Assembly: GCA_948467395.1 (NCBI GenBank)
Contig: CAOKDX010000012.1
Span: 10,011-74,010, forward strand
Reading direction: 5' to 3'
From: an uncultured Clostridia bacterium
GTDB lineage: Bacteria; Bacillota; Clostridia; Lachnospirales; Lachnospiraceae
Length of the DNA: 64,000 nucleotides
Positions 1-10,187 of the stretch are shown here, one piece after another. Both the position numbers and the translations under genes were made by a program. Each line of letters starts with the position of its first letter. Position 1 is the stretch's first letter. The notes beneath the pieces were generated by a model. It was not told the origin of the DNA and did no database searches. It saw only the letters and a program-made list of their open reading frames with translations.

Positions 1-144
1 GCACAGAGCAAATGATTTTTTATCCTGTTCCTTTTTTCGGACCGCTTACCCTCCGATTTCTGCCACTTGGCCAAAATCCATTTACAATTTCCCGGAATCT
101 GTTACAATAGCATTACCTGATGACGCCATGAAAGGAAACTGCCC

Positions 145-606
145 ATGAAAATAAGGATTGAACTGGATGAGGAACAAAAGGAGGATGAGGTGGTGATCCG
201 CTGCCGTTCTCTGACAGATGAGATAAAGAGGATCCAGCGGGCTGTCTCCGATGCGCTCTCGCCGGAGCAGAATATCATCCTCTACAAAGGGGACACAGAA
301 TTCTACATTTCCATAGAAGATATTCTCTTCTTTGAGACGGAGGGCGCCGTTCTGAACGCCCATACCCGGGATAACGCATACCAGACCAGATACCGGCTCT
401 ACGAGCTGGAGGAGCTGTGCTCCGGCAGCTTTGCCCGGGTATCCAAATCTGCCCTTGTCAATGTGCGGGAGATTTATTCCCTGAGTAAGAGCACTCTTTC
501 CGCAACAGGCGTAATTTCCTTTGCCGGGTCACACAAACAGGTCTTCGTTTCGAGACATTATAACAGACAATTGAGAGAGAAATTATTAGAATGGAGGAAA
601 AAATAA
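145..606 (+). CDS. LytTR-family DNA-binding protein (no receiver domain)
   Basis: 153-aa ORF. The C-terminal part (ILFFETEG...RLYELEE...FARVSKSALVN) matches the LytTR DNA-binding fold pattern. It is immediately followed by a membrane-protein gene after a 1-nt gap. Confidence 0.75.
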   Translation: MKIRIELDEEQKEDEVVIRCRSLTDEIKRIQRAVSDALSPEQNIILYKGDTEFYISIEDILFFETEGAVLNAHTRDNAYQTRYRLYELEELCSGSFARVSKSALVNVREIYSLSKSTLSATGVISFAGSHKQVFVSRHYNRQLREKLLEWRKK

Positions 607-607
607 G

Positions 608-1333
608 ATGAAAAAAAATTATTTCTGGGGCGTCTTTCTTGTACTGGGAGCTGCCTATCTGATCATAAGCCGGCTGGGATTCTTCCACACCATGACGGTC
701 AGTGTATTCACCGTGATCGCCACCATCGCCTGCGCCGCCGCCTTTATCCACAGCCTGATGCATCTCAGCTTCGGGGGAATGCTGTTCCCTCTTGCCTTTA
801 TCGGCATCCTGTACGACGATCCGCTGGGGATCACCGCCATCACGCCATGGACCATACTTCTTGCCGCGCTTCTGGGAACCATCGGCCTAAACCTTATATT
901 TTCCAAAAAGAAATGGGAGGTCAAGTGGAAATACAAAAATAAGACGATAAAGGATAAATTAGAAAAAAATAATAACCCGGACAGCAGTGAGAGCATCCAT
1001 GGGGAGTATGTCTATATGAAGTCCTCCTTCGGCTCCCTGCTCCGCTATGTGACCTCCGACAATCTGCGCTATGCCGAGCTGGAGGCTAATTTCAGCGGCG
1101 TAAAGATTTATTTTGACAACGCTTCGGTTCCCTCCGGGAATGCCACGCTTCATGTAGATATTAACTTCTCTGGAGCAGAGTTATATATCCCGGACAACTG
1201 GAGGGTCATCAATCACCTGGATTGTACGGTGGCAGGAATTTCGGAAAAAGGCAAAAGCCCGTCAGGGGATCATGTCACACTCACTCTGGAGGGAGAGAGC
1301 ACATTTTCCGGGATCACAGTATATTATGTGTAA
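608..1333 (+). CDS. LiaF-like / DUF2154-type membrane protein
   Basis: 241 aa with about 3-4 N-terminal TM helices. The beta-rich C-terminal part (LRYAELEANFSGVKIYF...LHVDINFSGAELYIP) is typical of cell-wall-stress LiaF-like domains. Adjacent to the LytTR gene. Confidence 0.55.
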   Translation: MKKNYFWGVFLVLGAAYLIISRLGFFHTMTVSVFTVIATIACAAAFIHSLMHLSFGGMLFPLAFIGILYDDPLGITAITPWTILLAALLGTIGLNLIFSKKKWEVKWKYKNKTIKDKLEKNNNPDSSESIHGEYVYMKSSFGSLLRYVTSDNLRYAELEANFSGVKIYFDNASVPSGNATLHVDINFSGAELYIPDNWRVINHLDCTVAGISEKGKSPSGDHVTLTLEGESTFSGITVYYV

Positions 1334-1355
1334 CAGAAACTGCAGAGCAGAGTGA

Positions 1356-2141
1356 TCAAAAGGGCGCTCCCGAACGGAATTCGCGGTCTGTGTGGGCCTT
1401 AAAATACCGCCCTGCCGCCTGTTCAAGCTCCGCCAGGATATTGTCCCCCACCGTGAAGGTGTAGAGTTTCTCAATGGGGGAGGACAATATCCTCTGCAGG
1501 GTATATAAGGCAGTCTCCGACAATGCCACGGCAGTCTCCGACAATGCCACGGCAGTCTTTGACAATGTGATTGCTGTATCCGCTGCTGGCAGTCCGCTCC
1601 GCTGCTGGCTGCCGGACCGGGCGCAGCAGCTGTCACAAACAATACCGTTTTCCTGAATAGAAAAATGATGCAGATCCCCGGTGCCGCCGCACCGGATACA
1701 GGAAAAGATTCTCGGCGCCTCGCCCTGGATGGAGAGCATCCGAAATTCATATATGTACCGGACCAGCTTATTCGGCAGCGAGGGCACGGTCAGGGCCCGG
1801 AGGGAGAGATAGAGAAGATTCAGCTCCGCACCGGCGTCCATCCCCTCCCTGGTAAAATAATCTGCCACCTCGCAGAAATAAAATGCCATGTACAGGACGT
1901 CCAGATCCTTTCTCAGTTCCGGAAAGAAATTCTTTACCTCTACCTGCTCCACAGAATAGGAATCACGTCCACGATAGATATAGAATTCCCCAAAGGTAAA
2001 GGGTTCTGTTGATGCTGACAACGGACTCCGGGGCCGTCTGGCGCCTCTGGCAAACGCCGAAATCCGTCCCCGCTCCTTTGTCAGAAGGACAATGCGTTTA
2101 TCGTATTCACCAATGGTTGCCGCCGAAAGCACCATTCCCAT
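1356..2141 (-). CDS. recO: DNA repair protein RecO
   Basis: RecO-like N-terminal OB region (GEYDKRIVLLTKERGRISAFARGARR) and a Cys-rich zinc module (CIRCG...CDSCC). Conserved era-yqzL-recO synteny. Start placed at ATG 2141, preceded by GAAGGA; the ORF track extends to 2192. Confidence 0.9.
   Translation of the reverse strand: MGMVLSAATIGEYDKRIVLLTKERGRISAFARGARRPRSPLSASTEPFTFGEFYIYRGRDSYSVEQVEVKNFFPELRKDLDVLYMAFYFCEVADYFTREGMDAGAELNLLYLSLRALTVPSLPNKLVRYIYEFRMLSIQGEAPRIFSCIRCGGTGDLHHFSIQENGIVCDSCCARSGSQQRSGLPAADTAITLSKTAVALSETAVALSETALYTLQRILSSPIEKLYTFTVGDNILAELEQAAGRYFKAHTDREFRSGAPF
1510..1572. repeat. 21-bp in-frame tandem repeat inside recO (2 perfect copies plus 1 degenerate copy)
   Basis: gcagtctccgacaatgccacg occurs at 1510-1530 and 1531-1551, followed by gcagtctttgacaatgtgatt at 1552-1572. 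It encodes TAVALSE TAVALSE TALYTL-type heptads. Confidence 0.9.
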
Positions 2142-2292
2142 CACTCGTTCCTTCACACTGTCCCCTCTCTTCCCGTCTGCTGATCCCGTCACGATGCGGT
2201 TCCCTGTCCGAACTGCTGCTGCTTACATAATTCAGATAATCCGACACACTTCCCGTTCGGGTAAATGTATTCCAGCTCTCTGTATTTTCCAT
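2107..2292 (-). CDS. YqzL-like small protein
   Basis: Small ORF between era and recO, as in Bacillus. The N-terminus WNTFTRTGSVSDYLNY resembles the YqzL W-x-F-x-x-TG-x-x-x-YL motif. A strong AGGAGG lies 8 nt upstream of ATG 2292. The 3' end overlaps the recO start. Confidence 0.5.
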   Translation of the reverse strand: MENTESWNTFTRTGSVSDYLNYVSSSSSDREPHRDGISRREERGQCEGTSDGNGAFGGNHW

Positions 2293-2424
2293 TGCGTTTT
2301 CCTCCTGCATGTAGTTTATCCCGTCAAAAACGGATGCCCGTTTCCGCCATGGATTACATTATTAGGATATCCGCCATGGGAATTGGATATGCTGGCACTT
2401 TATTCCATTATGGCTGCTGCCGGA

Positions 2425-3327
2425 TCAATTCTCCTTAAATCCAAAATTTTTCAGAAGGAAATCGCTGTCCCGCCAGTCCTTCTTTACCTTGACCCACAGC
2501 TTGAGATTAACCTTTGCCTGAAGAAATTCTTCCATATCCTCTCTGGCATTCGTGCCAATCTTCTTCAACATACTCCCCTGCTTTCCGATAATGATCCCCT
2601 TATGGGAATCCCGTTCACAGACAATGGTGGCGTCTACATCCACCAGCGGCCGTTTTCCCGGACGATCCTTCATCCGATCGATGGAGACGGCGATGCCGTG
2701 GGGAATCTCGTCAGATAGCAGGCGCAGCGCCTTTTCCCGGATCAGTTCTGCCACGATCTGGCGTTCCGGCTGGTCGGTAATGGTATCCTCGTCATAGTAC
2801 TGCGGCCCCTCGTGCAGATATTCAAACATCACTGTCACCAGTTCCTCCACGCTCTCCCCGGTGGCAGCGGAAACCGGGACGATCTCCGCGAAGTCCATAG
2901 TGTCCTTATATGCCGCGATGCACTCCAGAATCGCCGCCTTCTTTACCGTATCGATCTTATTCATAACAAGGATCACCGGCGCCTGGGAAATCTTTAGCAC
3001 CTCTGCTATATGGCGCTCCCCCTTTCCAATAAAGGTAGTTGGTTCCACCAGCCAGAGAACGAGATCCACCTCTTTAAATGTGCTCTCCGCCGCATTTACC
3101 ATATATTCCCCCAATTTATTCTTCGCCTTGTGTATCCCCGGCGTGTCCAGAAAGATAATCTGGCCCCGCTGGTCGTGATACACGGTCTGTATCCGGTTCC
3201 GCGTCGTCTGCGGCTTACTGGATGTGATGGCAATCTTCTGTCCGATGATCCTGTTCATCAATGTGGATTTCCCCACATTCGGCCGCCCGATTATGGTGAC
3301 AAATCCCGATTTAAACGTCTGTTCCAT
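2425..3327 (-). CDS. era: GTPase Era
   Basis: G1 GRPNVGKST, G3 DTPG and G4 NKID motifs, with a C-terminal KH domain. 300 aa. Confidence 0.95.
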   Translation of the reverse strand: MEQTFKSGFVTIIGRPNVGKSTLMNRIIGQKIAITSSKPQTTRNRIQTVYHDQRGQIIFLDTPGIHKAKNKLGEYMVNAAESTFKEVDLVLWLVEPTTFIGKGERHIAEVLKISQAPVILVMNKIDTVKKAAILECIAAYKDTMDFAEIVPVSAATGESVEELVTVMFEYLHEGPQYYDEDTITDQPERQIVAELIREKALRLLSDEIPHGIAVSIDRMKDRPGKRPLVDVDATIVCERDSHKGIIIGKQGSMLKKIGTNAREDMEEFLQAKVNLKLWVKVKKDWRDSDFLLKNFGFKEN

Positions 3328-3361
3328 TCCTTTCCTCCCGTATATTTTTCACTGTAACCCG

Positions 3362-6295
3362 CTACTTCAAAGTTTTTTTATGCTCGAACAGATTCTCTGA
3401 CTGTCCGATCTTCTCCTCACTGCCCAGGGCGCATATCCTGCCATCGGAAAGAACGGCCTCTACCATGGCCGCCGCCTCCCGGATCTTCTCCGGATCCGCC
3501 GACAGTATCTCATCCCGTTCCTTCTGTTTGTCCGCCTGGGTCGTTCCGGTCATATAGGCGGCGTAGGACCGGTCGCCCCAGTCCCGCGGGGTCAGCGGAA
3601 TGTCCAGATCGCTGATGGTGCCGATTATATATTTCATCATATCCCTCTCATGGGCGTCATAATTTCTCAGATATTCCGGAATCCCCTGATATACCTGGTC
3701 AGTCGCCTCCAGATTGGGGTCGCGGTACGAGGTGACAAAGCCTATACCGGAATCCAGAAAGGCACATCGGACGCCATAGGCGCCGCCCTTCACCCGCACC
3801 TCATTCCAGAGATAGTCGTAGCCAAGTATTGTCCTGACCACCTTATATACACCGCTGTAGGGAATCCCCTTGTCACTGAACTGTCCGGCCCGGGCCACAT
3901 ACTGCACCTTCCCTGCGGTGCGGAAGCCCTCGTTGATCTCCGCCGCCGGAAGTTTCCAGTCCGGCTCAGGCACGGACACATCTACGTGCTCCGGCAGCTG
4001 GTCCAGAAGCTGCGGGATCTCTTTCTCCAGTGCGGCGTATCCTTCCCCGTCAGCAGTAACGCCGATCTGCAGGCGCTCTTTTGTAAAGATGCACTGGGCC
4101 AGGGCCTGCAGCACCTTCACAAGCCCTTCCTTTCTCTCGTCAAAATGCTCTTCCAGATCACAGAGGAAGTCATAATAGGAGATTCCTTTCATCTGCTGCA
4201 CATAATAATATCTCTCACGGAGATAGGACATGGCGCGCCACGCCGCGGTATTGTGTCCCGCCGCCTGCAGGCTCATAAGCTTATAGGAGCGGAGCTCACC
4301 GATAACCTCCTGGAGACGCTTCGCATCGTCCAGATGCGAAGTCCGCATTATCTCCCCAAACAGCTCCAGTATTTTTCCCGTCTCCGGATACAGCACCTTC
4401 GCCTCTGCTTCCAGACGCATGCTGAATTCTTTGCCGTCCCGCCGCTCATAGGTGGCCGTAGCGAAGGATGTGCCACCGGCATGAAGAAGAATCTCATTGC
4501 CAAGCTCCAGCTTATCGTGCGCATCTGTATCCACAAAGCCCAGCAGGTCCGCCAGAAGCACAAGATACGGCGCATACTCCTTCAGATCCAGGATGTCGAA
4601 GGAGAGCCGGATATAATTGATCCCATTGGTGAAAATATTATGATGGATGGCGGGAAGTCCGGCCATGGTCTTCTCATCATTCCGGAACTCCCTTGTCTCC
4701 TTTTTGATATCCTCCCTGGCAAGCACCGGAATACATTTTTGCTTCTCCGGGTCGTCCGGCTCTTCCTGATATGCCTTCAGTTCCCTTGTCTCCCTGACAA
4801 GCTTCTCTTTCTCCTCCTCTGTCAGCGAGGCGCGGTATTGTTCTAACCGCTGTGCCTCCTCCTGATCCATCCGTGCCGTAAGGCCCACCTTGGGCTGTAC
4901 GCTGACAAATGTAGTGTGGGGATTATCCAGGAAATATTTCTTTATCACGTCCTCATAGTACCCTGTCCCCACCTGCTGTTTCAGAAAGTCAAAGAGATCG
5001 CCGGCATGGATATGGATAAAGGGCTTCCCATCATCGTACAGCCAGCTGTCAAAGATCTGGAGGCCATACATCAGACCCTTGGGATAGGAGCCGTAATCCG
5101 CTTCCCGGTACTGGAATTCCATAGCGTTCACCGCTGCCAGGACAGATCTTTCATTCAGGCCGTCCCGCACCAGCTCCTCCAGCGTCCCCCGGATGATATT
5201 CAGAAACTCCTGCTTCTGCTCCATGCGGACATTCTTTGCGATAATGGAAAAATACATCTGCCGGATACTGCCCTCATAGGTGCTTTTGATCTCACTGCCG
5301 ATGCCGGCGTCCAGAAGGGCCTGCTTCAGCGGCGCACCCTCCGATTCCACCAGCACATGGTCCAGTACCCGGAGGGTACGGTACAATTCCCGGTCCAGAC
5401 TGTCGCCGGCCAGCACATTATAGCTGAAATATGCTTTTCCCTCCGTATCCTCTCCCTCTGTGGCGGAATAGAAGCCATATTTCTCCTGCATTCCGTCGAA
5501 CGGTTTCTGCAGACGGATCTCTGAGTCTACCTGCAGATAATCAAAATGGCTCAAATACTTTTCATCCAGCCAGTTCAGCTTCTCCTCCATATCCATATCG
5601 CCATAGAGATAGATATAGCTGTTGGACGGATGATAGTATCTGCTGTGGAAATCCAGATAGGCTTCATAGGTCAGATCCGGAATGGCGTCCGGATCCCCCC
5701 CGGATTCCACGCCGTATGCCGTATCCGGAAAGAGGGAATGCTGGATGTCCCGGTACAGAAGCTGGTCGGGAGAGGAGAAAACCCCCTTCATCTCATTGTA
5801 CACAACACCGTTATATTTCAGCGGTGCCTCCGGACTCTCCAGCTCATAGTGCCATCCCTCCTGCCGGAAAATTTTTTCTTCCTTATATATATTGGGATAG
5901 AATACCGCATCCAGGTAGACATGCATCAGGTTCTGAAAGTCCGTATCATTGCAGCTCGCCACGGGATACACCGTTTTATCCGGATATGTCATGGCATTTA
6001 GAAACGTATTCAGGGATCCCTTCGCCAGTTCAATAAAGGGATCCTTCAGGGGAAATTCCCTGGATCCGCAGAGAACAGTGTGCTCCACAATATGCGCCAC
6101 GCCGGTGGAATCCTTTGGCGGCGTGCGGAATCCTATGGAAAACACCTTGTTATCATCCTTATTCTCCAGCAGGACAAGCCTTGCCTTCGTCTTTTTGTGC
6201 TCCAGAAGCCAGCCGGTACTGTTCAGATCCGGCAGCTCCTGCCTGTCCCTCAGTTCATACGCCTTACAATTTTTTATGTCCATGTCAATCTCCAT
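3362..6295 (-). CDS. M16-family (insulinase / PreP-like) zinc metallopeptidase
   Basis: 977 aa. Inverted zinc motif HIVEH near the N-terminus. Length and layout are typical of M16C presequence-protease-like enzymes. Confidence 0.85.
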   Translation of the reverse strand: MEIDMDIKNCKAYELRDRQELPDLNSTGWLLEHKKTKARLVLLENKDDNKVFSIGFRTPPKDSTGVAHIVEHTVLCGSREFPLKDPFIELAKGSLNTFLNAMTYPDKTVYPVASCNDTDFQNLMHVYLDAVFYPNIYKEEKIFRQEGWHYELESPEAPLKYNGVVYNEMKGVFSSPDQLLYRDIQHSLFPDTAYGVESGGDPDAIPDLTYEAYLDFHSRYYHPSNSYIYLYGDMDMEEKLNWLDEKYLSHFDYLQVDSEIRLQKPFDGMQEKYGFYSATEGEDTEGKAYFSYNVLAGDSLDRELYRTLRVLDHVLVESEGAPLKQALLDAGIGSEIKSTYEGSIRQMYFSIIAKNVRMEQKQEFLNIIRGTLEELVRDGLNERSVLAAVNAMEFQYREADYGSYPKGLMYGLQIFDSWLYDDGKPFIHIHAGDLFDFLKQQVGTGYYEDVIKKYFLDNPHTTFVSVQPKVGLTARMDQEEAQRLEQYRASLTEEEKEKLVRETRELKAYQEEPDDPEKQKCIPVLAREDIKKETREFRNDEKTMAGLPAIHHNIFTNGINYIRLSFDILDLKEYAPYLVLLADLLGFVDTDAHDKLELGNEILLHAGGTSFATATYERRDGKEFSMRLEAEAKVLYPETGKILELFGEIMRTSHLDDAKRLQEVIGELRSYKLMSLQAAGHNTAAWRAMSYLRERYYYVQQMKGISYYDFLCDLEEHFDERKEGLVKVLQALAQCIFTKERLQIGVTADGEGYAALEKEIPQLLDQLPEHVDVSVPEPDWKLPAAEINEGFRTAGKVQYVARAGQFSDKGIPYSGVYKVVRTILGYDYLWNEVRVKGGAYGVRCAFLDSGIGFVTSYRDPNLEATDQVYQGIPEYLRNYDAHERDMMKYIIGTISDLDIPLTPRDWGDRSYAAYMTGTTQADKQKERDEILSADPEKIREAAAMVEAVLSDGRICALGSEEKIGQSENLFEHKKTLK

Positions 6296-6438
6296 TCTTA
6301 TAGTTATTAAAATTTCACCTCTAAGGATATTTTACTACTTTTTCCATCCTTTATACCATATCACATCACCCGGAAACCTTCAAGCCGAACAAAGGAGAAA
6401 TATTGCGCTTATTCCCTGTAAATTCGCAAAAAATTGTT

Positions 6439-6467
6439 TTGACTTTTCCCCGCAGGTATGGTATTGT
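6439..6467 (+). promoter_or_regulatory. sigma-A-type promoter for the cold-shock gene
   Basis: TTGACT (6439-6444), 17-nt spacer, TATTGT (6462-6467), with TG at the extended -10 position. About 40 nt upstream of the csp start codon. Confidence 0.5.
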
Positions 6468-6508
6468 AAATAAGTGTTAAATAATTTAAGTTTTAGGAGG
6501 CCAAACAC

Positions 6509-6706
6509 ATGAAAGGTACAGTAAAATGGTTTAATGCCAAAAAAGGATTCGGATTCATCTCCGATGAAGAAGGAAATGATGTATTCGTACACTTCTCCGC
6601 TCTGCAGATGGACGGTTTCAAGGTTCTGGATGAAGGCGACGAGGTAGAGTTTGAAGTGATCGAAGGCGAAAAAGGTCCGCAGGCTGCAAACGTAACAAAG
6701 TTATAA
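6509..6706 (+). CDS. cold-shock protein (CspA family)
   Basis: 65 aa with RNP1 KGFGFI and RNP2 VFVHF motifs. AGGAGG RBS upstream. Confidence 0.95.
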   Translation: MKGTVKWFNAKKGFGFISDEEGNDVFVHFSALQMDGFKVLDEGDEVEFEVIEGEKGPQAANVTKL

Positions 6707-6791
6707 TCGATTTCTAATCATTGATTTTTCGTGTCGTCCGGGAAACTGAGACATTGCACATAAAAGTTAAGAATTACAAGTAGGTTGTAAC

Positions 6792-6839
6792 AAAGAGGCG
6801 TCTTATCTGTGATAGGAATTACAGATAAGACGCCTCTTT
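6792..6839. terminator. 19-bp perfect hairpin between convergent csp and HD-hydrolase genes (bidirectional terminator candidate)
   Basis: aaagaggcgtcttatctgt (6792-6810), 10-nt loop, acagataagacgcctcttt (6821-6839). Confidence 0.6.
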
Positions 6840-6848
6840 CCTTGTTAA

Positions 6849-7454
6849 TTAAGCCTTCAGTCGTCCCTTCTCTACATTGGGCTTTATAAAGTTGTCCACG
6901 GCATAGCTCCACAGCTCGGCAGACCCTTTCGCCGTATTTTCGTTCCTGTGCTCTACCTGCTCCAGCCGGACCCCTCTTTCTAACCAGGCTTTGCCGTCTG
7001 ACGCCGCATTCAGCATCATTGGCTGCAAGTTATCCATAGTGCGGGCAAAGCGGGCTTCTGCTGTCTCGCCCGCCTCAAATTCATCCCACATGGCCCGGAG
7101 CCGATCCCTCTGATCCTCCGGCAGCATGCCAAAAAGCCGTTCTGCTCCCTTCCGCTCCCGCTCCCGCTGGCTCTTCTTCGCCTCCTCATCATAGGCAAAG
7201 GTATCACCGGCGTCAATCTCCACCAGATCATGGATCAGAAGCATGCTCACCGTCCGCAGCACATCAATCTCTTCATTGGCATATTCGCTGAGCAGCAAGG
7301 TCATAACAGCCATATGCCATGCGTGCTCCGCATCGTTTTCCTTTCTTGAACCGTCCGCCAGATAGGTCTGCCTGCCAACCTGCTTCTCCTTGTCGATTTC
7401 CCGGCAGAAGGCGATCTGTCTTTCCAGTCTGTCTTTCTCCTTCATAACTATCAC
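6849..7454 (-). CDS. HD-domain phosphohydrolase (YfbR-like)
   Basis: 201 aa with H...HD...D motifs (NDAEHAWHMA, LIHDLVEIDAGD). Confidence 0.8.
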   Translation of the reverse strand: MIVMKEKDRLERQIAFCREIDKEKQVGRQTYLADGSRKENDAEHAWHMAVMTLLLSEYANEEIDVLRTVSMLLIHDLVEIDAGDTFAYDEEAKKSQRERERKGAERLFGMLPEDQRDRLRAMWDEFEAGETAEARFARTMDNLQPMMLNAASDGKAWLERGVRLEQVEHRNENTAKGSAELWSYAVDNFIKPNVEKGRLKA

Positions 7455-8833
7455 TCGTTTCCGGCAAATTTCGGAATTCCGTCAAAGCCGGACTGAAGAT
7501 CCTCATCTGACGGTATATAATCGGACATGGTGCCGTTGTGGAACTGTTCATACGCTACCATATCAAAATATCCGGTCCCTGTCAGGCCGAAGAGAATGGT
7601 TTTTTCCTCTCCTGTCTCTTTGCACGTAAGGGCCTCGTCGATGGCTGCCCGGATGGCATGGCTGCTCTCGGGTGCCGGCAGAATGCCCTCTGTTCTCGCA
7701 AACTGTTCCGCCGCCTGGAATACGGAAGTCTGCTCCACTGCCACTGCCTCCATATACCCATCATGGTACAGCTGGGAGAGAATGGTGCTCATGCCATGGA
7801 AACGGAGCCCTCCGGCGTGATTTGCCGATGGAATGAAATTACTGCCCAGCGTATACATTTTAGCAAGGGGACAGATCATGCCCGTGTCACAGAAATCATA
7901 GGCAAATTTACCTCTCGTAAAGCTCGGGCAGGACGCCGGTTCCACGGCGATAAACCGGTAATCCCGCTCCCCTCTCAGCTTCTCCCCCATAAAGGGTGAG
8001 ATCAGACCGCCCAGATTGGATCCGCCGCCGGCGCATCCGATAATGATATCCGGAACCACATTATATTTATCCAGCGCCGTCTTTGCCTCCAGACCGATCA
8101 CGGACTGGTGAAGAAGAACCTGGTTCAGTACGCTTCCCAGCACATAGCGGTATCCCTCCTGGGACGTCGCGGCCTCTACCGCCTCCGATATGGCACAGCC
8201 AAGACTTCCTGTCGTTCCGGGATGCTTCTCCAGGATCTTACGCCCAACCTCCGTATCCATGGACGGAGATGCGGTGACGCTGGCGCCATAGGTTCGCATA
8301 ACCTCCCGGCGGAAGGGCTTCTGTTCATAGGAAACCTTTACCATATATACCTTGCAGTCCAGGCCGAGATAGGCACATGCCATGGAAAGTGCGGTTCCCC
8401 ACTGACCGGCTCCGGTCTCGGTAGTAACGCCCTTCAAGCCCTGTTTCTTCGCATAATATGCCTGGGCAATGGCAGAATTCAGCTTGTGGCTTCCGCTTGT
8501 ATTATTTCCCTCAAATTTGTAATATATCTTAGCCGGAGTCCCCAGTTCCTTTTCCAGATGATAGGCGCGTACGGTAGGAGCCGGGCGGTAGGTCTTGTAG
8601 TAATCCTGTATCTCCTGGGGAATATCAATATACGCATCGGTATCGTTTAACTCCTGTGCGATCAGCTCGTCACAAAAAATCGGAGCCAGCTCCTCCGGTT
8701 TCAGGGGCTGGAGCGTTGCCGGATTCAGAAGCGGCGCCGGCTTTACTTTCATATCGGCACGCACGTTATACCACTGCTTCGGAATCTCATCCTCTGAAAT
8801 ATAGATTTTATATGGAATCTTCTGTTCACTCAT
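7451..8833 (-). CDS. TrpB-like PLP-dependent enzyme (tryptophan synthase beta-like, TrpB2 type)
   Basis: 460 aa. Contains the PLP-lysine region NTSGSHKLN and the GGGSN glycine loop. There is no trpA or other trp gene nearby. Its stop overlaps the start of the downstream HD-hydrolase gene (7451-7454). Confidence 0.85.
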   Translation of the reverse strand: MSEQKIPYKIYISEDEIPKQWYNVRADMKVKPAPLLNPATLQPLKPEELAPIFCDELIAQELNDTDAYIDIPQEIQDYYKTYRPAPTVRAYHLEKELGTPAKIYYKFEGNNTSGSHKLNSAIAQAYYAKKQGLKGVTTETGAGQWGTALSMACAYLGLDCKVYMVKVSYEQKPFRREVMRTYGASVTASPSMDTEVGRKILEKHPGTTGSLGCAISEAVEAATSQEGYRYVLGSVLNQVLLHQSVIGLEAKTALDKYNVVPDIIIGCAGGGSNLGGLISPFMGEKLRGERDYRFIAVEPASCPSFTRGKFAYDFCDTGMICPLAKMYTLGSNFIPSANHAGGLRFHGMSTILSQLYHDGYMEAVAVEQTSVFQAAEQFARTEGILPAPESSHAIRAAIDEALTCKETGEEKTILFGLTGTGYFDMVAYEQFHNGTMSDYIPSDEDLQSGFDGIPKFAGNE

Positions 8834-8917
8834 GACGAAAATTCTCCTTTCCTTTTCACTCTCCCTATAGTATCACAGAAAGGAGCGGAACGTCAAGACA
8901 GTGAGTTTCGCCGGGCC

Positions 8918-9694
8918 TCATCCCCTCTGAGAGGCGCGGAATCTATTTCCATTTCCCATTCCATGCCCGTTTCCATTTCCCTGGCCGTGATGCCCATATC
9001 CTCTGCCATCCTCCTGTGCGGCATTTGAATCCGGTGATAGACGCAGGATCCAGTCCCGGATCTCCCGCATGGACATTCCCTGTATATCCTCTGCCTCTAT
9101 ATCAGGATCAAGCTCCTGCAGTTCCAGAAGGGCTCTGTACTTCCCGTAAGAAAGTCCTGCCTCATGAGCCTTTTCCACCTCATCGGGCCTGGCAAAATAG
9201 CAGTATGCGTTCCCCCTCCCCGATGTACATGTCTCAAGCTGAGACAGCATTCTCTTACACTGTTTCCCCTCTGAACCGATAACGGAAACTGTCACGATCT
9301 CATCCCCGGATAACAGACTGGCCACCTGCTGGTTCTCTAATATCTCATCCACCGCTTTGTCATAGTCCATAAACCGTATGCTCAGCGACCGTGCAAGCTC
9401 CTCGCCGTCCTGGTTCCGGGCATGCACAGATACAACCCTGTCAAAGCGGTTGACTCCCAGCTCGATGGAGGGATTGATATCAATACTGATGGCAGCCGTC
9501 GGCATAAAATACATCCAGTAACCGCCAGCCAGTACGAAGAAAAGGCACGCAGCGGCAGACACGAGATATTTATAACTAAATGTATGCCGTTTCGTATAAC
9601 CCTTGGTTTTTTCCGCGAGAAATTCCCTGGTCCTGTCCTTCAACTCCTCCTCTGCACAGATTCCGTCGAAAGTATTTTTAATTCTGTCCTTCAT
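8918..9694 (-). CDS. membrane anti-sigma factor (single TM; C-terminal Gly/His/Asn-rich tail)
   Basis: Lies immediately downstream of the ECF sigma gene and overlaps it by 17 nt. Short cytoplasmic N-terminus, then a TM helix (YLVSAAACLFFVLAGGYWMYF), then an extracytoplasmic domain. GGGAGG RBS lies 6 nt before ATG 9694. Confidence 0.6.
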   Translation of the reverse strand: MKDRIKNTFDGICAEEELKDRTREFLAEKTKGYTKRHTFSYKYLVSAAACLFFVLAGGYWMYFMPTAAISIDINPSIELGVNRFDRVVSVHARNQDGEELARSLSIRFMDYDKAVDEILENQQVASLLSGDEIVTVSVIGSEGKQCKRMLSQLETCTSGRGNAYCYFARPDEVEKAHEAGLSYGKYRALLELQELDPDIEAEDIQGMSMREIRDWILRLSPDSNAAQEDGRGYGHHGQGNGNGHGMGNGNRFRASQRG

Positions 9695-10187
9695 TTCTGT
9701 CACCTCCCAGTTTCTCACGAAGCATTTGTTTGGACCGGGTCAGGAGTGTATAGACCGTATTTACATTTTTCCCCAGAATCTGACTGATCTGCGGGGCAGT
9801 ATAGTCCTCATAGTAATGCAGGTATACCACGTCCCGGTACTTGGATGGAAGCGATAACACGGCGTCCAGAACCTCCCTGTTCTCCGGAGGAAGGGACACC
9901 GACTGCATGACGGCCTCATCCAGCGGCACCGTTCGGCTGCGAAAAAAGCTTTTTAGCAAATCCCGGCAGGCGTTAATGGTGACACGGATAAACCAGGCCT
10001 TTTCGTGTTCCTCGCTCTCAAATGAAACAGAACTAAGGACATATTTCAGAAACACGTTTTGAAATATATCCTCAGAATCATGATAATTTTTCAAATGCAC
10101 CATACAGAGCCTTCGAACGGTATCAGAATACCGTTCGAGCACTCTGTTCACCTCTTGTTCCGTCCGCATCGCATCCCCATCCATCAT
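9678..10187 (-). CDS. ECF-type RNA polymerase sigma-70 family factor
   Basis: Region 2 (EDIFQNVFLKY...AWFIRVTINACRD) and region 4 HTH (YYEDYTAPQISQILGKNVNTVYTLLTRSK). ATG 10187 overlaps the upstream stop codon as TAATG. Confidence 0.85.
   Translation of the reverse strand: MMDGDAMRTEQEVNRVLERYSDTVRRLCMVHLKNYHDSEDIFQNVFLKYVLSSVSFESEEHEKAWFIRVTINACRDLLKSFFRSRTVPLDEAVMQSVSLPPENREVLDAVLSLPSKYRDVVYLHYYEDYTAPQISQILGKNVNTVYTLLTRSKQMLREKLGGDRNEGQN

Noticed and set aside
82-363. 93-aa minus-strand ORF at the window start.
   Set aside because: It overlaps the well-supported LytTR gene on the plus strand. It has no motifs and no RBS.
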